A stretch of DNA of 25,424 nucleotides from a bacterium (GTDB lineage Bacteria > Bdellovibrionota_C > UBA2361 > CALJRW01): positions 1 through 25,424 of the forward strand of contig JANNBC010000027.1 of assembly GCA_031385045.1 (NCBI GenBank). Reading direction: 5' to 3'. A model generated the notes under the pieces. The model did not search any database. It saw nothing but the letters and a program-made list of their open reading frames with translations, and was not told where the DNA came from. Every line of letters starts with the position of its first letter. Position 1 is the stretch's first letter. Positions 1-9,917 of this stretch are shown one piece after another. The position numbers and the translations under genes were made by a program.

Positions 1-56
1 GAGGACAAGGATCGCATTTTTAGTTTATTGGGGTTTTAGTATATTTGTTTTCCCCT

Positions 57-208
57 GTATTGAGCCTCATAAAATAAGCCTCAATACTTTAGCGACCCCC
101 ATGGGTCGCTTCAAGCGCTTCGCGCTTGATATACTAGGCGACTAATTTTAGAACAGTAATTTCTATTGTCGCCTAGTATATTCCTGGGGTACCAGGTCGC
201 GGACGACT
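57..208. repeat. Cluster of back-to-back inverted repeats (candidate structured RNA or REP-like ssDNA element)
   Basis: Stems read directly: GTATTGAG 57-64/80-87; AGCGACCC 91-98/103-110; TCAAGCGC 111-118/122-129; TATACTAGGCGAC 130-142/168-180; CCTGG 183-187/192-196; GTCG 196-199/204-207. Clearly more GC-rich than the flanking intergenic DNA. Function unknown. Confidence 0.75.
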
Positions 209-473
209 ATTTAGTGCTGGATTAAATTATAAATTAAACTAATTACAAAAGGTATTAGTTCTGCTAGAATTATTAGTGGAAGTTAGCCTAAAGTTGAATA
301 GGTTTGGAATAAAACCTATGCTAACAAAGCTAAGCCAAAATATTAGCTTAATGAAAAACAAACGACTCAATTACGTGGAGAAGTTTTTATTATAATATAG
401 AATAAAAAAATTAAACCATATCAATCAGATAAAATTATATCTGAATCATTAGTTTTTATTTGAGAAGAATTCT

Positions 474-1526
474 TTGTCCTCAACACTAGCATTTAAAAAT
501 TCCACCAAGGTATCCAGTAAAAATTTTCAACTGATCTTGGAGTCTATTCCAACAGACAACAATGAAAATCTAACTCAAATCAAGACAATCCTACTAACTG
601 ATTTGTCGTTTGATCTAGAGCAGGCTCGTGAAATAATTGAAAATCTACCTCGCCCAATTGCTACTTCCTCTGAACTAAGCGTACTTCAATCTCTCTCCGC
701 CTTATTTGCTAACACAGGGGCAGTCCTAGATATTTTACCGATCGTAGAAGCAACCGTAATCCCACCAAATGTTAACTTTTTTGAGGAGAATATTGATAAT
801 AAGCCTACTCCAGAACAGGTCATTCAGGGAAAAGCAATTAGCCACAAAGACTATTCCCTCTTTGAAGTTAATAAAAGTGATAAATTTGGGGGCAAAGCAA
901 GCCTTGTTACAAAAAATCCGATTGTTTTTAATTCCTTAATTAGTATCTTCTTTGCAAGCATTATGCTGGGATTATCATTTTTAATCTTTTCTGGTAAGCC
1001 AACAGAAGACACCTCAGCTCAACTACTTGAACAAATCAAACTTTTACAACAAGAGGCTTTAAACAATAAGCCTGCTGCCACTAAATTTGTTAGTGAAGAT
1101 AATTATACCGCTAGCTTCATGATTTCTGGTATCACCTTTGATTGCTCAGTTTCTAAAGGTACCAATAATATTATCAGCACAATCACAATCGAAGCAAAAA
1201 ATAATAAGAATTCTAATTTAGCAGAAGAATTCGACAAAGTTTTAATTAATAACTTGCGTGTTAATAATGCTGCCGACAATACTTTTACTGCTAGAGGCGT
1301 AATGAAAATTTACATCAATCAAGCGGGTCAATTAGTCCGACCGACGGCACAAGCATTTATTGGTGGCTCTTATAACGCTGAAGTAGATCAAATCAGCCTA
1401 CGCATCTTGGTAAATCGCGGTTTCGAAGAATTACCAGGAGAAGAAAAATTTATCATCGATCCCTCAAATCTTGAAGAAACAAAGATCTTTATCGATCGAA
1501 ATATCTCCTTAAACAAACAGGGCTAA
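474..1526 (+). CDS. Hypothetical single-pass membrane protein with N-terminal ribosomal bL12(L7/L12)-CTD-like domain
   Basis: 350-aa ORF with TTG start. Residues ~18-87 follow the bL12 CTD pattern. Hydrophobic segment at ~150-172, then a beta-rich C-terminal region. Stop is 3 nt before the next gene. Confidence 0.7.
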   Translation: MSSTLAFKNSTKVSSKNFQLILESIPTDNNENLTQIKTILLTDLSFDLEQAREIIENLPRPIATSSELSVLQSLSALFANTGAVLDILPIVEATVIPPNVNFFEENIDNKPTPEQVIQGKAISHKDYSLFEVNKSDKFGGKASLVTKNPIVFNSLISIFFASIMLGLSFLIFSGKPTEDTSAQLLEQIKLLQQEALNNKPAATKFVSEDNYTASFMISGITFDCSVSKGTNNIISTITIEAKNNKNSNLAEEFDKVLINNLRVNNAADNTFTARGVMKIYINQAGQLVRPTAQAFIGGSYNAEVDQISLRILVNRGFEELPGEEKFIIDPSNLEETKIFIDRNISLNKQG

Positions 1527-1529
1527 GCA

Positions 1530-2366
1530 ATGCCTTTTAGATTACTCCTTATCTCAATAATAATTAGTAGCCCGGCCTTGGCGGAAACAATCAATTCCAT
1601 TGTAGCAACGGTCGAATCTCAGTCGATCACCGACTACGATCTAAAGAAATCATCAATCCAAAAATCTCCTGAACAACTAGATCAAGAGATATTTTCTAAG
1701 CTAATTAGACTAGATGCTCAGTGTCATGGGATTAATACCAATGCCGAAGAAGTTAATTTTTACTTAGAACAAATTGCTAAAAACCAAGGGCAAACTAGCG
1801 AAGAGCTATTTAGCACCCAACTAGATCAGGGCCAATCACCTGAAGCTGTTCGAAAAGAAATGGAATTAGAAATTCTTAAGCAAAAACTAGCACAGAAATT
1901 ATTTCAGAACTCAAAAAATGGCTTAGAGCAAAACTCGGAATCAATTGCTAAAGTCAATCTTAGTCAAATCATCATTGATCGCACAAAGCATGAAGAGGCC
2001 AAAGCTGATGAGCTAGCTCAAAAAGTAATAGATGGTTATGACAGTGGACAAACATTTGAACTACTAGTCGAGCAATTCTCCGATGCCAGCAACAAAGAAG
2101 ACAAGGGTAATTTAGGTGAGCTAAATTGGTCAGACTTAGATCCTAATTTTAGAAAAGAATTAGAAGTAATCTCCCCAGATCAACTAACAAAGCCAATCAC
2201 CAAAGAAAATTTAATTTTTATTTTTAAGTTAAATGAAATAATTAAATCCGATGAACTAGATCCTGACGAAGCAAAAGCTGAGCTATCACCGGCAGAAACA
2301 AACCGTTTATTAAGAGATTATTTCAGCAAAGATCTTTACAAAAACTACTTAATCGATAAAAAATAA
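1530..2366 (+). CDS. SurA-like periplasmic chaperone / parvulin-type peptidyl-prolyl isomerase
   Basis: Signal peptide ending ALA. SurA N-domain start (IVATVESQSITDYDL). One rotamase domain (LSQIII...FELLVEQFSD...GNLG...TKPI...IFKL). Confidence 0.8.
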   Translation: MPFRLLLISIIISSPALAETINSIVATVESQSITDYDLKKSSIQKSPEQLDQEIFSKLIRLDAQCHGINTNAEEVNFYLEQIAKNQGQTSEELFSTQLDQGQSPEAVRKEMELEILKQKLAQKLFQNSKNGLEQNSESIAKVNLSQIIIDRTKHEEAKADELAQKVIDGYDSGQTFELLVEQFSDASNKEDKGNLGELNWSDLDPNFRKELEVISPDQLTKPITKENLIFIFKLNEIIKSDELDPDEAKAELSPAETNRLLRDYFSKDLYKNYLIDKK

Positions 2367-2567
2367 ACTCTCTCACTTTGCTGGCAAATGCCAAGTAAAA
2401 GACCATATAAAACCCAATCATCTTAGTATGTTAGCATTGCAATGACAGATTGGTAATAATTTGCTAGAAAACATATAAAGAGGGTAAAGTTTCATTTGTT
2501 GTAATTTTAACGCTAAAAATTACAGTCACAACTCCTTGGTTTTATTAAATAAATTACAAACATAACG

Positions 2568-3938
2568 ATGAAAATTCCTGAACATATCTTTCGCCAATAT
2601 GATGTCAGAGGACTTGTTGGTAGTGAAATCACTAACGAACTTGCTTACTTAATCGGCAGGGCATATGCCCAAATGGCAGTTAAGGCCGGCAAAAACCAAA
2701 TTAGCATTGGTCGTGACTGTCGAGAAAGCTCCCCTGAACTGGCAAGCAACTTAGCAAAGGGATTAAATGATGAAGGTATTGATGCTGTTCTAATTGGTGA
2801 GTGCCCGACTCCTTTAATGTACTGGTCTTTATTTAACAGAGAAGTTGGTGGTGGAATTCAGGTAACGGGAAGTCATAACCCATCTGATATGAATGGTTTT
2901 AAAATTTGCATGGGGAAAGATTCTCTGCATGGTGAACAGATTCAAGAATTAAAACAAATTATTTTAAAAATTAATGGACAGGTTGCTGACGTAACTCCTC
3001 GTGGCAAAACATCTGAAGTCAAAATTCACCAAGACTACATTAAAGATATCGTAGATAATTGCCGGCCTTATCTAGGTAAAAGAAAATTAAAAATTGTAGT
3101 CGATGCAGGTAATGGTGTCGGAGGACTAATCGGTTGCCAAGCCTTAAAAGATCTTGGCCATGAAATTATTGAATTATTCTGTGAGCCGGATGGAACATTT
3201 CCTAATCACCACCCGGATCCTACTGTTCCTGAAAACTTAAAAGACTTACAAGATAAAGTATTGGAAACTAAAGCTGATTTTGGAATTGGCTGGGATGGAG
3301 ATGGAGATCGGATCGGACTAGTCGACGAGCAAGGTCAGGTTATCTATGGTGACATGCTCTTATTAATCTATGCTCGTGAAATCCTAAAAGAAATTCCTGA
3401 TGCTAAAATTATTGCCGATGTGAAATGTTCTTCCTTGCTTTTTAACGATATCAAAAAACGCGGTGGCACTGCAATTATGTGGAAAACAGGACATTCCTTA
3501 ATTAAAAGCAAACTAAAGGAAGTTGGTGGAGCTCTTGCTGGTGAAATGAGTGGGCATATTTTCTTTAAGCATCGTTTCTATGGATTTGACTGTGCTAGCT
3601 ATTGTTCGGCTCGGATTGCTGAGATTGTTAGCAATACAGACTTGCCTGTATCAGCGCTATTAGCAGATCTACCAAAAGTCTTTAACACTCCAGAGCTACG
3701 CATGGACTGTGACGATCAGACAAAGTTTAAAATTATTGAAGCAGCTAGACCACTTTTCGCAGATTTTACAGTCGATACTACTGATGGGTTAAGAATTGAA
3801 TTCCCTGATGGTTGGGGGCTAGTTCGAGCATCAAACACTCAACCAATTTTAGTAATGCGATTTGAATCAAGCAATCCAGAAAATCTGAAAAAGTATCAGA
3901 CCTTGGTGACAGAGAGATTGGCGACAATTAAAGGTTAA
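2568..3938 (+). CDS. algC: Phosphomannomutase/phosphoglucomutase (AlgC-like)
   Basis: IFRQYDVRG N-terminus, catalytic VTGSHNP, metal-binding DGDGDR, sugar-binding GEMSGH, C-terminal RASNTQP. Confidence 0.92.
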   Translation: MKIPEHIFRQYDVRGLVGSEITNELAYLIGRAYAQMAVKAGKNQISIGRDCRESSPELASNLAKGLNDEGIDAVLIGECPTPLMYWSLFNREVGGGIQVTGSHNPSDMNGFKICMGKDSLHGEQIQELKQIILKINGQVADVTPRGKTSEVKIHQDYIKDIVDNCRPYLGKRKLKIVVDAGNGVGGLIGCQALKDLGHEIIELFCEPDGTFPNHHPDPTVPENLKDLQDKVLETKADFGIGWDGDGDRIGLVDEQGQVIYGDMLLLIYAREILKEIPDAKIIADVKCSSLLFNDIKKRGGTAIMWKTGHSLIKSKLKEVGGALAGEMSGHIFFKHRFYGFDCASYCSARIAEIVSNTDLPVSALLADLPKVFNTPELRMDCDDQTKFKIIEAARPLFADFTVDTTDGLRIEFPDGWGLVRASNTQPILVMRFESSNPENLKKYQTLVTERLATIKG

Positions 3939-3941
3939 ACA

Positions 3942-5114
3942 TTGGTTAAGGCAACATACAAAGCATATCCACCTGAGGAACATGGACTCAAACTTGCTGA
4001 TATCGATAGCGATGCTCTAAAGATCATCCATCGACTTCACCAACATAACCACGAGGCCTATATTGTAGGTGGTGGAGTGCGTGACCTTTTGCTTAAAAAA
4101 AGTCCCAAAGATTTTGATATTGCAACTGATGCTACACCTCAACAAATCCGAAGAATATTTCAAAACTGTCGAATTATTGGCAAACGTTTTAAGCTAGCAC
4201 ATATTTATTTTCGTGGCGGAAAAATTATTGAGGTTGCCACCTTCCGTCAATCAAAAGAATTTGATGAAGATTCCACTGACACCTTAGAACTAGCAACAGA
4301 TGATTGTTATGGAAATATTTCTACCGATGCCCTTCGTCGCGATTTAACTATTAACGCCCTCTTTTTTGATCCTAGTGATGGAATGATTCATGATTATGTT
4401 GGAGGCCTGGAAGATTTTAAGAATAGAATCATTAAAATTATTGGCAAGCCCGAGTTACGCTTTCAGGAAGATCCCGTTCGGATTATTCGCGCTATTCGTC
4501 ATGTCGCACGAACTGGCTTTAAGCTAGATCAGAAAACTGCGGACGCACTTCAAAAGACAGCACCACTCCTTAGCAACTGTCCCGGATCTCGAATCTTTGA
4601 AGAATTTAAGAAAGACTTGCTCTCTGGATACTTTCAAGAAATCCTAGGCTTGTTAAACCATTATAAAATCTTACCAATATTTTTACCGGATTTAGCTGAA
4701 AGAATTAACCAAGATGGCGCACTTTTAAAAGATTTGAATTTTTGCATTAAAGGAATCGATCGTCATTCCTTAGAGAACAAATCCCCTAGTCTCAATATCG
4801 CTCTAACAATTATTGCTCTATTTAGTAGAAATGAATTTCAATTATCAAGCAAACTACCAGAGATATTTCTTGCCCCACAAGATATTCTAGATTTTTATCG
4901 TTCCAATTATCCAAGTTTACAAGTCCCTAAAAAAATTAAACGTGATTGCGCTGACTTAACACGCTACCTGTGGACCTTAGATAATTGTATCCTCAAGAAT
5001 AAAAATTTTAAATTAAAAGTTGATGAGCTGAAAGATGATTTAAAAATCATCCTTAAAATCCTAAATATTAATCAAACTCGCTCTGAGCTAAATAAATTAT
5101 TTAAGTTTGTTTAA
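3942..5114 (+). CDS. pcnB: Poly(A) polymerase I (polynucleotide adenylyltransferase)
   Basis: Class II nucleotidyltransferase motifs VGGGVRD, DFDIAT, EVATFR, RRDLTINA, EDPVRIIRAIR. PAP-specific signature IIGKRFKLAHI separates it from a CCA-adding enzyme. TTG start. Confidence 0.88.
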   Translation: MVKATYKAYPPEEHGLKLADIDSDALKIIHRLHQHNHEAYIVGGGVRDLLLKKSPKDFDIATDATPQQIRRIFQNCRIIGKRFKLAHIYFRGGKIIEVATFRQSKEFDEDSTDTLELATDDCYGNISTDALRRDLTINALFFDPSDGMIHDYVGGLEDFKNRIIKIIGKPELRFQEDPVRIIRAIRHVARTGFKLDQKTADALQKTAPLLSNCPGSRIFEEFKKDLLSGYFQEILGLLNHYKILPIFLPDLAERINQDGALLKDLNFCIKGIDRHSLENKSPSLNIALTIIALFSRNEFQLSSKLPEIFLAPQDILDFYRSNYPSLQVPKKIKRDCADLTRYLWTLDNCILKNKNFKLKVDELKDDLKIILKILNINQTRSELNKLFKFV

Positions 5115-5821
5115 TGCTTAAAAAATATCGACAAGCCTTACTATTATCCTGGAAGGATTTATATCGACATCCAATTATTTTTCTAGGGATTTTTGCCTTA
5201 TTAATTGGATTTCTAATTTGCATCACAATTGTTAGTAAATTGGGTCTTGGGATGGCTGGTGGGTTTATTAGCGGAATGCTCCAAGTGGTGGCATTAACAT
5301 TTTATTTCAATTGGTTAAATTACTGTCAGGCTCCACGTGGAATTAAATTTAAAGACTTACCTGAATTTAACTCGGCACTTTTTACAGCAGTGATTAATGT
5401 CGCCTTTGTCTTATTTATTAGCGATCTGATGCTGCAGAGCTTTTGGGACTCTCCACTCAAAGCAATCGTGATTGGCCTTAACTTAATTGTCGTAATTTGC
5501 TTTAATCCACTTCCAGAAATTATTAATAAACACCAATACCAAGGTCTCACTTCCTTCTCCGAAGCTTTAGACTTTATGAAAAAACGTGGTCTAGAGTGGC
5601 TTCCATTAATTATCCTACCAATCATACCAATATTACTCTTGACCCCAAAGATGGCACTGATAAAACTTGCTATTAGTAGTCCCCTCATGCCTTTTATTGT
5701 AACACTGAAAAATTTTGAATTTCTGGGTCTTAGCTTCGGCGTACTTCCAATTATCCCCTTAATCATCTTCGCTCATTGGATCATGCTATTTCGCCGAAGA
5801 CTCTATGACCAAATTGCTTAA
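5114..5821 (+). CDS. Hypothetical multi-pass membrane protein
   Basis: 235 aa with about six hydrophobic segments. Start overlaps the pcnB stop (TAATG), implying translational coupling. Confidence 0.75.
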   Translation: MLKKYRQALLLSWKDLYRHPIIFLGIFALLIGFLICITIVSKLGLGMAGGFISGMLQVVALTFYFNWLNYCQAPRGIKFKDLPEFNSALFTAVINVAFVLFISDLMLQSFWDSPLKAIVIGLNLIVVICFNPLPEIINKHQYQGLTSFSEALDFMKKRGLEWLPLIILPIIPILLLTPKMALIKLAISSPLMPFIVTLKNFEFLGLSFGVLPIIPLIIFAHWIMLFRRRLYDQIA

Positions 5822-6185
5822 TCTCTAGAACCATTAGAAGTAGCCTTTCTACTCAGAAATAATCTTAAATTTGATAATTGTTTGCCTAAAGAGACAAAGT
5901 AAAGTAGATCTATATTCCGTTCCAAAGTTATTTCAAACTAAGACATATTTAATTCCTGAATCTTTAATTAGATTAACAAGTTAAGTTTAAAGCCCCGAAT
6001 TTTTAGGTCTTTTTTCCTTGATTATTGCTATTCTTAATTTATTTATTAAGTATTTAAATACGTTCAGTTAGTTTACTAAAAATCTTCCCTCGGATCCAAG
6101 GAAGTTTATTTGGTCACAATAAGTTTATAATTTCCTAACAGAAATTACTTTTTGTAATTACTATATTATATTTCACAATTAACAA

Positions 6186-7868
6186 ATGAGTCGTAAAAGT
6201 ACAAAATTCATCTTCATTACTGGCGGAGTAGTTTCTTCTATTGGCAAAGGTCTTTCCTCTGCTTGCCTGGGTGCGTTATTAAAAGCTCGGGGCTTATCAG
6301 TAACGGCAATTAAACTTGATCCTTATATTAACGTAGATCCAGGAACAATGAGTCCTTTTCAACATGGAGAGGTTTTTGTAACCGATGATGGTGCCGAGAC
6401 AGATCTAGATCTTGGTCACTATGAAAGATTTCTAGAAGTTCCACTTAGCAAAAAAAATAATTTTACTGCTGGTCAAGTATATGAAACGGTTATCAGCAAT
6501 GAACGCCAAGGGAAATATCTAGGACATACAGTTCAAGTTATTCCGCATATTACTGATGAAATCAAAAAACGAATTTTTGAAGCTGCGAAGGGATTTGACA
6601 TCTGTCTCGCTGAAATTGGTGGAACAGTTGGTGATATTGAGAGCTTGCCATTTATCGAAGCTATTCGACAAATGCGTTCCGAGCTAGGATGGGAAAATGT
6701 CACAAATATTCATGTGACCTTAGTGCCTTATATCAAAGCTGCTCAAGAGTTTAAGACTAAACCAACACAGCACTCGGTCAAAGAACTAACTGGATTTGGA
6801 ATTCAACCAGACTTCGTACTTTGTCGCTCCGAACAAAAACTAGATCCCGCAATTAAAGCAAAAATTAGCTTATTCTGTAACGTCAAAGCAGATCATGTAA
6901 TTACTGCTCATGATGTCAGTAATATTTATGAATTACCGCTTGTTTTTCACGAACAAGAGTTTGACCAAAGAGTCCTAGAAAGATTAAACATCTGGACGGG
7001 AGAACCCAACTTAAGTCATTGGAAAAAAATCCTTAAGACTTATACTAATCCTAAGAACGGCCGTGTTCGCATTGCCATGATTGGGAAATATGTAGAATTA
7101 GTGGAAAGTTACAAGAGTCTAAGTGAATCCCTAACTCATGCGGCAATTGCAAATAACTGTAAAATTGAAATTAGTTATGTTGATAGTGTAGAGATTGAAA
7201 ATCTAGGAGCAGAAGAAACTATTACTAAAAATGTTGATGCAATTTTAATTCCTGGTGGCTTTGGAAATCGTGGCACCGAAGGAAAGATCGCAACGGTGCA
7301 GTATGCCCGCGAAAATAAGATTCCATTTTTTGGAATTTGCTTGGGACTTCAAATGGCAGTTATCGAATATGCTCGCAATGTTTTAAAACTCCCAGAAGCT
7401 ACTAGTCGTGAATTTGATGAGACAACTAAATACCCGGTAATTGATTGGATGAACGACCAAAAGAATGTAACTAACAAAGGAGCTACGATGCGCTTAGGCT
7501 CTTACCCTTGCAAGCTATTACCAGATTCTCTTGTCCATCAAATTTATAAACAATCACTAATTGACGAGCGCCATCGACATCGCTTTGAAGTTAATAACTC
7601 ATATCGCGAAGCGCTAGCAAAAGCAGGCTTGGTGTTTTCAGGATTATCTCCTGATGAACAATTAGTGGAGATTGTTGAAATTAAAGATCACCCTTGGTTT
7701 GTTGGTGTTCAATTTCATCCAGAATTTAAATCTTCACCTAACAACCCTCATCCACTATTTAAAAGCTTTGTCAGTGCAGCCATTGAATATCGCGACTTAG
7801 AAGCTAATAGCAGAAAGGCTTCCAATAAAAAGACTGCGGAGACAACTGAAGGCTTACAAATAAACTAA
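6186..7868 (+). CDS. pyrG: CTP synthase
   Basis: [45 protein letters not shown], GATase [21 protein letters not shown]. Confidence 0.98.
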   Translation: MSRKSTKFIFITGGVVSSIGKGLSSACLGALLKARGLSVTAIKLDPYINVDPGTMSPFQHGEVFVTDDGAETDLDLGHYERFLEVPLSKKNNFTAGQVYETVISNERQGKYLGHTVQVIPHITDEIKKRIFEAAKGFDICLAEIGGTVGDIESLPFIEAIRQMRSELGWENVTNIHVTLVPYIKAAQEFKTKPTQHSVKELTGFGIQPDFVLCRSEQKLDPAIKAKISLFCNVKADHVITAHDVSNIYELPLVFHEQEFDQRVLERLNIWTGEPNLSHWKKILKTYTNPKNGRVRIAMIGKYVELVESYKSLSESLTHAAIANNCKIEISYVDSVEIENLGAEETITKNVDAILIPGGFGNRGTEGKIATVQYARENKIPFFGICLGLQMAVIEYARNVLKLPEATSREFDETTKYPVIDWMNDQKNVTNKGATMRLGSYPCKLLPDSLVHQIYKQSLIDERHRHRFEVNNSYREALAKAGLVFSGLSPDEQLVEIVEIKDHPWFVGVQFHPEFKSSPNNPHPLFKSFVSAAIEYRDLEANSRKASNKKTAETTEGLQIN

Positions 7869-7876
7869 CATCAAAA

Positions 7877-8701
7877 ATGATTAGCAAATTGGTTAAAATA
7901 AATGATAAGTTTTCTATTGGCGCTGGGCAGCCTCTAACAATCATTGCTGGCCCCTGCCAAATTGAATCTGCCGAGCATTGTCAAATGATCGCTACGCGAG
8001 TTCAAGAAATTGCGGCGGAATTTCCAGTAAACTTAGTGTTTAAGGCCTCCTATGACAAAGCGAATCGAACTAGCCTATCCGGCAAACGTGGAGTTGGAAT
8101 AGAATATGGATTAGAAATACTTGGAAATATTAAATCTAAACTTAATGTTCCAGTAATTAGCGATATTCACCTACCCGATCAGGCAAAGATCGCCTCAGAA
8201 GTATTAGATATTCTACAAATCCCGGCATTCCTTTGCCGACAAACCGATCTATTAATTAGTGCTGGAGAAACAGGCAAGGCAATCAATTTAAAAAAGGGTC
8301 AATTCCTTGCTGCCCCTGATTTAAAATATGCGATCGATAAAATTGCCTCCTCTAATGGCAATGACCAAGTTTTACTTTGTGAACGAGGAACTAGTTTTGG
8401 CTATCGCGATTTAATCGTTGATTTTCGTAATTTCCAAATAATGAAAGATCTTGGACATCCTGTAGTTTATGACGCCACACATAGCGTCCAAATTATGGGT
8501 GGCGCCGAAGGTAAAAGTTCTGGAAATCGCCAATATGTTGCCAACCTTAGCGCTGCAGCTGTTGCCTTTGGAATTGATGCATTATTTTTAGAAGTTCATG
8601 ATAACCCCGATCAGGCACCTTCTGATGGACCAAACATGATTAACTTCTTACAGTTTCAAGAGCTCCTGAAACGCGTAACCAAAATCAGAGCATTATCCTA
8701 A
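7877..8701 (+). CDS. kdsA: KDO 8-phosphate synthase
   Basis: IAGPCQIES, FKASYDKANRTS, QIPAFLCRQTDL, KKGQF, ERGTSFGY, DATHSVQ, SDG. Follows pyrG as is common. N-terminal Cys suggests the metal-dependent class. Confidence 0.97.
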   Translation: MISKLVKINDKFSIGAGQPLTIIAGPCQIESAEHCQMIATRVQEIAAEFPVNLVFKASYDKANRTSLSGKRGVGIEYGLEILGNIKSKLNVPVISDIHLPDQAKIASEVLDILQIPAFLCRQTDLLISAGETGKAINLKKGQFLAAPDLKYAIDKIASSNGNDQVLLCERGTSFGYRDLIVDFRNFQIMKDLGHPVVYDATHSVQIMGGAEGKSSGNRQYVANLSAAAVAFGIDALFLEVHDNPDQAPSDGPNMINFLQFQELLKRVTKIRALS

Positions 8702-9726
8702 TGGCTTTCAGGCTTTCGCAAAAACGGCTTTCACAATTTCTAGCAATAACTGTGCTAACAATCTTCTTTTGGCTGGCAATTAAGTTATTAGATCAAAAAA
8801 ACGATTCTTTAAAATTAGATCTACCAAGCGAGGAAGCTCCAGCAATTGATGAACTAACAGAAAAAATTTCCAAAAAAGTAATCGTTCCAGATATCAGCCT
8901 ACAAGACTTTAAACGAAGTTCTCAAAATGATGGACTACTGCGCTGGGAGCTAGAAGGCAAAACGATTGATTTATTTACTGCGGAAGATTTGATTGAAATC
9001 CTACAGCCTAGAATCAAGTCTTATCAAACACCAGAAGATCCACTGACAATTAATGCCAAGAAAGCCGTAGTTTTATTCCAAGAAAATGATATTAAAGAAG
9101 CGGACCTCAAGCAATCCGTCATTATCAAAAATAAGATCTATGAAATCACTACAGAACAAGCCAAGTATAATAAGAGCCAAGAGGTAATCACTTCAAATGA
9201 GGCTGTCAAAATCATCAAAGAAGGAAATATTATCAATGGAGTTGGTCTCCATGCTAACTTAGCAACTGAGGTTTTTGATATTAAATCTAAGGTTGATAGC
9301 ATCCTAAAAGATAAAGAAAAGAAAAAAGAATTTAAAATCACCTCTGAAAAATTAGTCTACGATAATTTAAATTCTGTTTTTACATATACTGGAAATGTGC
9401 TTGCCACTGATGGTAGTTATGTAATTAAGTCTGATCGACTCACTGGCAATATGAATAAGACACAAGAATTGGAAAAGCTGTTTGCCAGTGGCTCTGTAGT
9501 TATTACTCAAGGTACAAATCTTAGAACTTTCTCAGAGAAAGCTGATTTTGATTTTGCTAAAAATCTAATTGTCCTAACAGAAGATCCGGAACTTGAAAAA
9601 GACAATAGCCTCCTTACTGCCGAGAAAATCTATTATAATACTGAGACTGAGCAAAGCCAAGCAGAAGGTGAAGTTGATGTGAAGATCCTAGAAGAGGCAA
9701 AAATTGGAACTAGTAGCAAACCTTAA
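8701..9726 (+). CDS. lptC: LPS export protein, LptC-LptA fusion
   Basis: N-terminal TM anchor. LptC-like region ~65-200 (RWELEG...ITTEQAKY...ITSNEAVKI...INGVGL). LptA/OstA-like region ~210-328 (ITSEKLVYD...YTGNV...IKSDRL...ASGSVVI...LIVLT...AEKIYYN). Lies between kdsA and lptB with no separate lptA. Confidence 0.75.
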   Translation: MAFRLSQKRLSQFLAITVLTIFFWLAIKLLDQKNDSLKLDLPSEEAPAIDELTEKISKKVIVPDISLQDFKRSSQNDGLLRWELEGKTIDLFTAEDLIEILQPRIKSYQTPEDPLTINAKKAVVLFQENDIKEADLKQSVIIKNKIYEITTEQAKYNKSQEVITSNEAVKIIKEGNIINGVGLHANLATEVFDIKSKVDSILKDKEKKKEFKITSEKLVYDNLNSVFTYTGNVLATDGSYVIKSDRLTGNMNKTQELEKLFASGSVVITQGTNLRTFSEKADFDFAKNLIVLTEDPELEKDNSLLTAEKIYYNTETEQSQAEGEVDVKILEEAKIGTSSKP

Positions 9727-9917
9727 AATTCAGCATCTTAATTCTAAAATACAACACAGATAATAATAGTTTAAATAATACCTACTAAGACTAGATTAAT
9801 TATATGCTTTCATAGAAAATTTATAATTACTACTTTAAAACCAACTCATGAACAAACGTTCTAGAGATAAATATTTTCCTTGATTATCACTTCGAAGGGA
9901 GTAGATAATGGTTAGCC

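Noticed and set aside
1..17. Possible start of a minus-strand gene (ATGCGATCCTTGTCC, MRSLS)
   Set aside because: Only five codons are visible and there is no clear SD, so it cannot be supported as a feature.
57..208. Intact tRNA or CRISPR array interpretation of the hairpin cluster
   Set aside because: No cloverleaf, no TTCGA T-loop and no identical repeats separated by spacers.
2451..2465. Sigma54-like TGGTAATAATTTGCT upstream of algC (and a similar minus-strand site near 2380-2393)
   Set aside because: GG-to-GC spacing is 9 nt rather than the required 10 at both sites.
3942..5114. CCA-adding enzyme interpretation
   Set aside because: The PAP-specific GKRF signature is present, favouring poly(A) polymerase.
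5326..5766. 146-aa minus-strand ORF
   Set aside because: Entirely antisense to a translationally coupled membrane-protein gene; no recognisable motifs.
9138..9341. 67-aa minus-strand ORF
   Set aside because: Antisense shadow inside lptC/A.
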